Shown: one piece after another, positions 37,001 through 49,000 of the stretch | Numbering within the stretch: the stretch's first letter is position 1 | Layout of the letters: every line of letters begins with the position of its first letter | Origin: Pavona decussata | Lineage: Eukaryota | Assembly: GCA_977016875.1 (NCBI GenBank) | Contig: CDRNST010000004.1 | Coordinates: 1,116,001 to 1,180,000, forward strand | Direction of reading: 5' to 3' | Length of the DNA: 64,000 nucleotides | The notes under the pieces: model-generated | What the model was told of the DNA's origin: nothing | Databases searched by the model: none | What the model saw: the letters and a program-made list of their open reading frames with translations, nothing else | Translations under genes and position numbers: made by a program

Positions 37001-40000
37001 GAATTAAACAAATTGACAGACATACCACCTAAGAGACTAAAAAAATAATTTCAAATCAGTTTAACTTTTATTTTCTTTTGTTTGTCTTATTACCATAAAT
37101 TATTTGAAACAACAGGAATAAAAGTCTGCCTGGTTTGAAACATTTTAAGCCAACAACAAAAATAAAACACAATAGGTAGTTTCACTTTTCTTACTAAACC
37201 CTTTAAAAGATCCAGTTACTATGCATATTATAACATACATTGGTGTAGTGTATACGACCATGTTTAAACCAGGCCTAGATGGATCTTCAATACACGGACC
37301 AAACACCCAACACTTAATGCAAAAAGGGCCAGGATTATCCCCTGTTAAGTATTCTGTTGTATTTCTGATCTCATGTATCTCAAGTATTCTGTTGTATTTC
37401 TGATCTCATGTATTTTTAATAACTGTATCCTTAATCACCCAACTCAACCAGTAAGTACTGCACTGACAGTTACAAGCAATATGCCATAACCTTTTTGACT
37501 ACACATCTTTGTTTGAGTGGTACATGTATGTATCCACATATAAGCCATGTCAAACCAGGTTTTTAAGCCAGAATTTGAAAACAGGGCATGCAATAGTTGT
37601 GTCTCTGGTAAAGGACTAGGTAATGGGAGTTCACAAGACAACTGGACAACAGGATGCCCTTCTGACGTAAAAAACCTAGCATCAAACAAACAAACAAACA
37701 CCCCAAAAAGCACAACAAACATAATTCCATCTACGTTATTCCTTGTTAAAATGATATACTGTATTGCTAACAAAAAGAGGTTTAGATAAAGTGTGTGCAA
37801 GGGAAGAATTTGATCCAAGTTAATTTTACCAAAGACCAGGCGGTGTGCGTCACGACCCACAAAGGGTGCTGGGTAAAAACATGGAAATGGCTCATTTGTC
37901 TCTGGTCACGATCGAGTAAATATCTCCCGAACGTAAGACTTATGTCGACTTACAGTTGCACTGAAACTGGGCATTCAAACTTTGCTTCCTTTTCCAAAAA
38001 CTATCACTAAAAAGAGCAATTTGGCAAATTTTAACGGTCTAGTGGCAGCCATAGATGTTTCTTGTTGGATACACAAGGCGATTTCGTTGAGTTATTCCCG
38101 GTTTGGAGACAATCAAAGGCGAAGATTATTAACCTCTTACTAACCAAGCGCGAGGGCCGTACTGGGGAATCTTGGCCCGAGGTCGTGGCAGTACGGAACG
38201 AGCGCAGCGAGGTCCGTACAAAAACGACCGAGGGCCAAGATTCCCCAGTACGGCTTGAGCAAGCTAGGTTAGTAAGTAGTTTATTATATGGCACTCGGAG
38301 CAAACTTGTTTATTTATAAAAAACGCACTTCCGGTCACTTGAATTCAAAGGGTTTCCGTCGTGACGTGTTTTTGATGACGCAAGCAACCCAGAAAGCAGG
38401 AGTTTGAAAACAAATTTACTGAACATTTACATGTAATCAGGTTGATTATAGAAAAGACTTCAAGAACGATTTGTAGCCAAATTTGACGAAAATCTTAACA
38501 GCTGAGGTTTGTTTTTGAAACTCACAAAAGGGTTTCGTCGATCCCAGAAAATTTACTAGGGCATCACAAAGTACGGATCAAGAAAAGGGTGCTGTGAAAA
38601 TCACATTGAACTTTAAAAGAAGTGGCATTAAGTCAATCGTCCTCATCGCTCTCATCTCTGGCTCGGAAACTCGGAAACATTCCATGTTGGAATCAGTCTT
38701 TTGGGTAGTTTCTTTGCAAAGAATGAAAGTATTTTTAGATTTTCTTTTTGCAGTTTAAGCTGTAAATTTTCAAATTTGCCGCTTGTCGTTAACAAAAATA
38801 CACGGCTTATGACCATTTCCATGGAAACGGTCCGTATGGTAAAATCCCGACCAAGAAAGAGCCAATCAGAATGCGTGTATTTACCTCAAGACTACCTTAC
38901 CATATAATAATTATGTTTATTCTTGTACTAGTATTATGTGCCGTCACGTCTGCTTGTGGACACTTTTTTTTTATGTATACATATTTAGACAGCGAGCAGT
39001 CGAGCAGTCCCTTTCTCCTAAGTTCTGTAGCGCATGATGGATCGAGCGAGCTAGCTAGCGGTGAGGCAGCGAGTTAATTTTTGTAATTTGGATAATTTTA
39101 TTAAGTGTCCCTTCGCGCGCAGGATCTGAGGAAAAAGTATGACTGCTCACAGTCTATTTTACATTTCTTTCGATCATTTTCAGTTTGCTTTTTTTATCTC
39201 AGGGTGAAAGAGATCTACATTTCCTTCTTGGATTTCTGGGAGAGAAATAGCATTTGCAAGCCCGTTGGCTTTTCCGGTCAGTTTCCCGGGAGTTGAGCTA
39301 CTTGGTTTACACGATCTCTTCATAGATTCTTTATTAGTTCAACGGCTTTCAACGGAAAAACCATAAGGGGTAGACCTGGGTAGACCCCGAAAATTCCAAA
39401 GTAGAAAGGATAAGCTAGCTTAAAGTGCAAAAGTATTGGCCAAACCCAGCAAGAGTAAGTAGCTTTAGCCTCAAGAAATTCAGTAAATCAACGACCAAAA
39501 CAACATGGCGGCGGGCGCGAGGTCGTCACCTTTGAAATGGCTACAAACGCAAGCAAATGCTTCAGCTTAAAAAGTAACCTAACCAGCATTAAGCCAATTT
39601 GTTCCTCTAACTTTGAAACGAATTTTAACCGGGCAAAATGTCACAGACTTCGTAAATGACGACATTTTCGACGGCTAACCTCTCCAGACTGAAGCTCTTG
39701 GGCACGAAGACTACTGATCAAATAACGCATTCTGATTGGTCGAATTTCGTGACGTACACCGCCTGACCAAAGACCATAAATAAGAATCTAAGCCATTTTA
39801 CTGATAACGAAATGGCAAAAAAAAAAAAATTTAAAAAAAAAAAAAATCAATAAATAAATCAATAATAATAATCATATACATTTCTACTAATTTACTTGAA
39901 ATAAGTGCCACTGGCTTACCTCTACTAACAAAGACAAGGTGTCAAATTGCTGAACATCGTCAATCGTAAAATGATAATTTTTCTTGGTCACCACTCTATA

Positions 40001-43000
40001 ACGGATTGACTTGCCTTTCCACCTATCAAATGAAAACAGCAGTCAAACAGCTTTCTAATACAAGCTTTTACTTTGAGAGGCTGCATAACTACTTGCTCTT
40101 CCCAGTTTTTTTGCTTCATTGCATAAATCTAGTAATTAAAGCTACAGTGGGTTACACGTGACAACTTCTTCCAGTAAGGAAAATTACATTCTAATTGACA
40201 TAGGTGATTAAGAACAAAAAAAGTATACCCAAAATTTCCCTTAAAAAATACCACAAAATACCAAATTTAAGAGATAATTACTTTACACCCAAAAAGATCC
40301 ATGTTTATGTAGTATCATTCCGTAATTCCATGGCTTCAAGGGGTATTTGGGGATGAATACCTCAAGTAATACTTCAAAACAGTCAAAAATATATCCCTTG
40401 TAATATTTGGACGATTTGGAAATATTGTGAGAGGTATTTATCCCAGATATCCTGTAGTATAGATCTGTTTATACTACAAGGCTGAGATCTGTGGATCACA
40501 GCACTGTCTGTATATTTATTCACATGCAAACGATTAACTTTCTTAGTAGAACATGTAAATTTCATACAAAAAGAATTGGGAATTTGGCCGACAAAAAATT
40601 CAAAGAAACTACATGTAAAATTTTTCTCATGTTTTTCTGAGTTACAGAAAGTTCATCAAAGTTTGCTTTATCTTTTTAAATGTAGCCAAATTTCTATGCT
40701 TCAGCAGAATGACCTAAAGATTATTCTGGCTTAACTAACTTGTCAGCTATGGAAGTGCTTAACTTTTTGCCACCAGTTTTGTTTCTTTCAGCACCATGCT
40801 AGGCAAGGGCAAGGTTATAGAGATGCTTTCCAGTAAAAGATTAAATATCACTTGTAGTCTTTTCAACCCTGAAGGCGATGTCATGGCCACCATCAAGGAA
40901 TTCCTGTCTGGTCTGTTTATAATTATAATTTTACATTTTATTAAACCTGCATGGAGATTACTGGGTACACAAAGAAACAAGAATTAATTAACTCACCACA
41001 AGTGGAGACAATAATCTCCTGGGTACGTGATGCACTCTCTGATAACAAACATTCCATCTCCTACACTGACATCTTTGACTACAGATTCCACCTCACTTGC
41101 AGACATTTTACCAATGTACCACCTAAGTAAATAAACAAGATAATTATTGGTTATACAAACATTTAACTCTAGAAGCCACGAGGATATACAATAATGGAGA
41201 CAATTTGCTTCTTCCAGGTAGTTTACATCCATGTCAATTAATAACCATTTGCAGCCCCAGCCACCTGACAAAGTGAACAAAAACTTTTATCTGCAACTTA
41301 ACAACCACATCAAGCTGAGTGGAAGGGTACCTGGGAAGTCTAGGGGCCTCCACTGTGTCGGACCCTAGACAGTAACATGCTCCCATGACTGGCAATTCCG
41401 GCAACCCAGCCGTGAGCCCCCATGCACAGTCATCCTGACACCCAACACACTGCACTTAAGCAGTGGAAGAGGGGAAAAAAGGGGGGAGGGGGAGGGGCAG
41501 AAAAACCAAGACAAACCACACAGAAACTCCACAGAAATCGCCATGCTTGAACATACTGCCACAATGCAGTGCTCTGTGCGTGCATGGTGCTAACCACAGT
41601 GCTGCTGATCGTACGATGAATGCCAGCTTTTCTTTGTTAGCTTAGTTTTAATTGCATTTAACTGCATATAATCATGTGAAAACAAGATTTATATTTTTAC
41701 ATTAAGTAAGAAATCCATTGTTGAACATTTACAGTCATGCAACATGTCACATTTCTGACACATAATGTCATATTTAAAGAATTAAAGAAGAATGAGAATA
41801 TCTGGTTATGAGACAAGTGTCCTGTCTGTTCCAATGCCTGCTATATAATTATATGACCAACATTTTTCAAGACAAACAACACCTGCAGGAATAATTGGGT
41901 TCAGAACAGGACACAAACCCAACCCCCCCCCCACCCCCAATTGTGTTAACATATAATTACAATCACTGTCTAATGCACCTACTCTTCATTCCAAGGGTGA
42001 ACCTGGACATAGATTTTTGAGTTGTCTACGATGTGATGGTCACCAAGAAGAAATTCATTCATAACCAGAGGTTTGCCTTCCAGGCGTAACAACTGACAGT
42101 CTGTAGGTACTCCACTCAATTCTGCAATCTGTTCTTTAAGAGATTGCACTTGATTAAAAAGATTTGTCAGCAGAGAGTATGTCTCTGAACCAACTACCAC
42201 ACGAAGCTGGATTTGTGAGGATGCCGTAGTTTGAAGGCGATGCCTTGGCAGAGTACTGTTTGTACATGAACCTATTGTGTAGAGAAAAAAGAGGGATTCA
42301 CCTATATTTATGGCCTGGCCCCAGTAATATGTTCAAAGAATGGACAACTTTATTTAATGGATAAGACGCTATCTAGCAGGTAAAATGTATTGGTTGAAGT
42401 ATGTTTTATTCACTGTCAGATAGCGATTTATCTTCTAAATAGAGTTATCCGCTCTGGTTTCTATAGACACAAAACTTATACAGCCATGTCAAATTGTTTG
42501 GTAGTACTAGATACAGTGTAGGATAAAAGGAGTAGCAGGCAGCAAGGGCCTGGAAATAGCCACTTTAAATGGTCCATTTTTGACAGCTTTCAGATAACAC
42601 TCTTTAAGAAATTTTTATTTCAAATAATACCATATTTATTTGATTAACTGCCCACCTTTGAATAAGCACCCACCTCGAATAAGCACCCATCCCACCCCCT
42701 CCAAACAAAAAACGTTTTTGTACAGTACTAACCCACTTGCAGTAAGAGGAGCATCGGTTGTGTTCCAACTTGGTTTTAGATACAGTAGTCAATGAACATA
42801 TATCTTGTTTATGGCTTGTTTATGTTAGTTTCTGTTCTTTGTTTTGTCTTGTTGAAGAGAAGTAAACTTGTTTTCCCTTGTTTTGTTATTCTCTAAAAGT
42901 GTCCTTACTTGCTGAAAATGCATGTTGGGGAAATAATAAGCGCCCACCCTCAAATAAGAACCCACCTCAAATAAGTGCCTACCCTCATGGGCCCAAAATT

Positions 43001-46000
43001 AAACAAGCGCCCAGGGTGGTTAATCGAATAAATACGGTATGTCATTTTCCACCAGTGCATGTAGCTTACGTGGGAAAAGCAAAGGCTATTTATTAAACAA
43101 GTATTTGAAAACAAGGTCAGGTGCAAAACTATAAAAATTGAATGTTCCAGACAAATTTGTGCACCTCCGTTTATTGAGTTGAAGGTATAGAGTTGAGACC
43201 GTTTTTCCTGCTTACAATCATTTGAACTAGTATTTCGTATTAATAAGTTTAAAGAAAAGGCAACAAATATTTCATTGTACTTGGCAAAATTGCTGATCAT
43301 TTTGACAGGACTGCTTATGGTAGTGAAAGGAACAGAAAAGAACATAATTGATGCAAAACTACTTAAACTACACTACATACCTTCCCCTGAATACAATGAG
43401 GACCCATCTGTGCAGTCATGGGACTCTAATCTGCTCACTGGTTCAGTTAGTTTGATTGGCAGTCCTTTATTGTTCTGGTAAAACTGTTAAAGACACAAGG
43501 AAAACTCATGAAAGCAATCTGGTTACAAAAAACTAATAAAAGTGGTTGAAATCCTATTATTTTATATAAGTTGCTTTATTTTTATATTATAGTTTATACA
43601 AATTATTTCAAATTACTGTTGATACTGATTGAAATAAACAGTGTTTCAGAGCACTTTTTTAAGAAAATTGTCTGCTGCAGGAATAAGGGTTAGTTTCAAA
43701 ATTTTGTTAATTTGTATAGTGTATTTTAATAGACGTTTCTGTAGTCTAAGAGCCTGAAATTCTCTCAATTATGAGGAGAAAAAAGTAATGGCTGGATTTC
43801 TCCTGTTTACTCTCTTTCTAACTTGCATTCTACTTGATTAACTTGTGATTGAACCTGGTTCATTTGTGTTTTGCTAAATTGCAAAAAAAAAAAAACAAAT
43901 TGACGCAAGTTTTTTAGCCTATTATTTTATATAAGTTGCTTTATTTTTATATTATAGTTTATACAAATTATTTCAAATTACTGTTGATACTGATTGAAAT
44001 AAACAGTGTTTCAGAGCACTTTTTTAAGAAAATTGTCTGCTGCAGGAATAAGGGTTAGTTTCAAAATTTTGTTAATTTGTATAGTGTATTTTAATAGACG
44101 TTTCTGTAGTCTAAGAGCCTGAAATTCTCTCAATTATGAGGAGAAAAAAGTAATGGCTGGATTTCTCCTGTTTACTCTCTTTCTAACTTGCATTCTACTT
44201 GATTAACTTGTGATTGAACCTGGTTCATTTGTGTTTTGCTAAATTGCAAAAAAAAAAAAAAACAAATTGACGCAAGTTTTTTAGCTGCCGTCTTCTTATT
44301 AACGATAAATTCTGTCATAACATTGTCAAAGTTGTTGTGAATCCATGAGCCACAGTCTTTTATGCAGTGCATTTCCAGCAACTTTGACAATCTTATGACA
44401 AAATTCATCATCAGTAAGAGGACAAATGCATCAACCCGGACAATCCCGGGGGGGGGGGGGGGGGGGGCTGGTACTTGGGTTCAGTTTTGCTCTGTATGTG
44501 CCGCTGGCCTCTCATAACTCCCGCTCCATTATAGTCTATTTTGTGGCCAGTTACAGACCCCATCTTAGTCACTTTTGGGAAAATGTAATTTTTGCGATCC
44601 CAACTAAGTCAACTTTCTATTTATGCATCTACTTTATCAATCCTTTTCATAGGTCATCCTAAAATGAATTGACACATTTTAAATTGAATGAAGAACACTT
44701 TACTTTTCACATACAGTACAAGCATTCCTAATCTTCCTAGAATTTTCTTACCCCAAAAACCCAAAAATGCGCTACCCCATTCTAGTAACTCTATTGAAAA
44801 TGCAACTCCATTCTAGTCAATCCAGTCATGAAAATGCGACCCCATCCAACGGCACATTCCCATTAGCCACTTATGAAGTAAGTACCCCCCCCCCCCCCCC
44901 GCCGGGGAGACAATCCAAGGACACACAAGACAATAAATCATGTCTCAAATGCAATGCTGTTAAACCTCTTAACTGCCCTATTTCTTGTTGTACATTATTT
45001 GTATGTGATTCACATTCATTCACTTACTTTTAGTCTTTTTGACCTCCCAAAACTGCAGTAATTGGCAATTACGCTATTGTGGTGCCCCTGCCTTAGTAAT
45101 AGTTGTTTTCCCCCTGTTATCTTGTCGTGTTGTTGTTTTTGTGTGTGTGTGTCTGTGTGTGTCTATAATAATTACTGTTACACATAGGTGAAGCTAATAA
45201 AAAAATAAAAATAAATAAAAACTGGTGACTGATGTCAATTTGTTAAATAGAATATTGCCACGAGTTGTTACAGCTGAATTTACAAATTTTCCATCAAATA
45301 ATTATGTTCTAATTATACCTTACAATGTTTATTCTGAGAGTGCAGAATTGCAGGATTATAACAAACAAATATGAAATAAATGTGATGTTATGTTTATAGC
45401 CTGGTGAATAAATGATTGACATATTTTTTTCCGTCAGTGACATACAAGTAGGCATACTCAGAAAAAGAAAATCTGAATTCTCCCAGCAGGAGTTCAACAG
45501 ATGACCTTCCAATATTTTCTTACTTAATTAAGTTTGGATGCCCTACCATGAAACTAAGTTCATGTGACAAACAACCTTCAAACTGCTAGTATTTGAATGT
45601 TGAAGGGTGGTATATGTGAAAGAAAAGGGTATATGCGAAAGAAATGTGGTGTTATGTTTCAAGTCTGGTGAATAGTATAGAAGTTTAATGACTTAGCTCC
45701 CACGAGTCTCCTTTAGCTCAGCAGTAGAGCATCCGAACTAGTAATCAGAAGGTCATAGGCTTGACTCTTGTTGGGAGAACTGGGATTTTCTTTTCTGAGT
45801 ACTGTATGCCTGTGAAACTGAATACATCTAGCAAATAAAAATATATTGGAGCAACAGAATGCCTTTTTGCAAACATGATGATTATACAGTACTTTTAGTA
45901 AAATTGTTCTGCACAATACACCTGATAATGCTGAATTATATTTATTTTACCTTCTATAACAGCAACTTACAAAAACGTTCCATTTTGCACCACCAATTCA

Positions 46001-49000
46001 TCATGAATTCTTATGTTCTGCTATGAAAATTTGACTTCAAAGCTTATTTTTTTTCTGTTTAGTTAAAGAGGAGGGGTGGGGGGGGGGGGGGTAAATAGAG
46101 CTTTTAGGTATTTACAAGTACAGCAACTTCTATAAGATGTGTATTTAAAAACAAATAAAGTCTGTATTACCGTGACCATCTCATCAATGCTGTTAAAAAA
46201 GTGTTGCTCATTAATGGTGAACATCATGTTCTTTTTACAAATCACTCTGTAATGCCTGATTTTGCCATCAATGCTGTAAAAAAAAGAGAAAAAACCACAG
46301 TTATCCTGTCCCAACAACAACTAAAAATTGAGCAATGAATAAAAATAATCAGGATATGCTAATATTAAAGTAAATTCTGTATTAAATGGTCACCCTTAAT
46401 TCAAGGGAACTCCAAACTTGATGACTTGCTACAGGACCACAGTGGTTAACAAGAAATCAACAAAAAAAATTAATATAACTTGTTGGAAGTGACTTAATCA
46501 CAAAACAAAACACTTCACAAAACAACAATATTTAATGACCAAATTCCATGGTTTTGTGGAAACTTGAGCAAAAAAGGGGATTTTTCATGCACTTTTGTAA
46601 CTTGAATGCAACCCCTCCCTTGATTAGTTGGCCACATTGTTCCAGTTGAACAAGTTGAAATATAATCATGAAGTAGCTCTGAGTTACATGATTTCCTAGT
46701 TTTAATGCAAAAATAGAGCCTTTTCTAGTGAGGGAGGGGAGGGGGCAGAAACAGTACTAATCTCAGGTTAGGGACTTAAACTATTAAATTAGCTCAACTC
46801 ATTGGGGGGGGGGGAGGTGGGGTGGTTAAAAAATCTGAGAGGCATACAGTGAGGAAAAATTGGCCACTTAGTAAGCCTTAATGGATTTCTTGTTATCATT
46901 AAATTAACCAAGCCAGTAACATACCAAACAAACAGGACATAGTCACCAGGAAAATTTACACTTTCTTTGACAAGAAACTTCCCATTGCTAGCGGAAGACA
47001 TGACTTTCTCTGCCTGGTCACGGGTAATTTTACCATGGAACCAACTTCAAAAAGAAACAAATAAAAAAACAATAATTATTAAAAAAGACAGTACTAACAA
47101 TTACTCAAAATTGTTCTCTGTAAAATTTGAGTCAAAGGACAAGTGCCAAATCAGGCTTTAAATATTATAATACTAAAATTATTTTTTATTACAAAAGGTT
47201 GACTAGTCTTATATGACCATGTCACATCTAACATAACATCAGAAGCATATACGCTTAAAAAAAAAACCCTACGTTTAAGTACTATTACAGTACCAATGGA
47301 AACCAGAGGATGAACTAGCAAACAAGTGTGCCCTTCCACCATAGGCAGAACAAAATTAATGTAAAATCAGTCGTCAAATGTATTGATTCCATCAATACAT
47401 TGCCAATGTTATCGGTGAGTTCCATCCCCCCATTGTCTGTCGCATTGCACAAGATTGGAAGCATTGGAAAAAGCCTGCGGCTGTCTGCATTGCAATCTGC
47501 TTCAGGAGTGAGTGTCAATGGAAATTAAAGAAATGCTCTGCTTAGATATTATAAAAAATGCCCAACCAATTGGTGCGACGTTTGGTTGGATCAGTAGAGG
47601 TACATGTAAAATTACAAATAGGCTGCAAGAAGTCCCACGAGGCTGTGGTACTTAATGTTACAACATTCACCTTGTCCGACTGATTGATTGAGTCAGAATT
47701 GTATGTTCTACCTACACGTGTTTGAGTGCACAACATAATGAACATATAACACTTGGCCATGGTCACCAGTAAGCTTTTGGTATACTGGTGCTATGTGTAT
47801 GCTCTGGAACATGTGAAAAAGGTGGCTAAGTAACCAAATCACTTGGTGAATTTGGCAGTGAGCCAGTCTTTATATCTGATGCAGGGTTATGCTACATTTG
47901 TATTCTCAAAACTAGTCTATGTAATGTCAATCACAGGATTACTGTAGCTGCCAAATCAACCAGCGCTCACTGTGTAAAGTTTTATTTACTGGAGTTATTA
48001 ACACCAAAGATTGTGTGGTCAGGAAAATAATTGAGCTCGTCCCAGCATGGCAAGCAAGTATCTTATGGTGTCACTCCAGTGAATAAAACTTTATATAGTA
48101 AGCGCTGGTTGATTTAATGGCTTCATTGGTCCTTATCGGTGATTCTCCATACAGGTAAGTCCAAAAACGCAACAATACAATGCCAGTTACAGTTGGCAAG
48201 TACACACCCTAAAATATGAAATTTACAACAACGCTAACTGAATTTATACGAAATAGGAGTTAAATACCATCATGCATGTGAAAGTGAAAGAAAATAATGA
48301 AAAAAAAATGTGCATCGCATGGTAACAGTTACTATAGCATATTTATTATTGCCATGTTGCCCTAGTGATTTGCTATTCGGAGTGATACAGCTGGGTGGAG
48401 ACAGAAAATGTGAAGTAAACTACGTGTATATTAAGGTTACCGTGTACCTTCACGGGTGACTTCAGTTAAATGGATATAGCGCCTCTCAGTTACATCACAG
48501 ATACCCAAAACCCTATATCAAATTAAAGCTTATAGAACTGGGTATTCAAATATTTCATTGCTTTTTCAAGAAAATAAATTCCCAGGTTTCCCGTAAAGTC
48601 GGAACTTGAAGGTCCAGGTCATTGTTCGAGAGTTCCAACTCAATGCGATTTTTATATTTTGTTTGTTTTCTCCAGGTTTTCTCCAGGTCAGGATCCCAAA
48701 AGCTTAAAAAACGTGTCGGGGTTTTCCATAATTCAATTTCGCTCAAAAGTTACAAATCATTTTCAAAACTGCGAGAAAACCATGCGGAGAGAACGCACGG
48801 AAATGGCTTCCAAGGAAAGAATTTTTACAATTATCGAATTCCCCAACACACTTTTGTTGGTTATATATTTTTCTAGCATCTGGCCCAATTTTACTGAAAT
48901 CGGCCAAATCGTTGTTGAGTTGTAACTCTTGAAAGTGTCTCCTGCAAGCGAAAATTAAAATTTGAGAAAACAGCGCTTGGAAAAAAATTCTCGCCACACA

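Noticed and set aside
39320-39790. Possible internal promoter (CAACATGGCGG, CCAAT) in Roco intron 7
   Set aside because: The motifs lie within a segment bounded by short inverted ends (tagattct...agaatcta), so probably a transposon; no transcript evidence.
45712-45785. Possible tRNA genes (also at about 33410-33480, 53925-53985, 16215-16275)
   Set aside because: Stems are disrupted and each copy carries the same non-tRNA tail, so they are SINE-like repeats.
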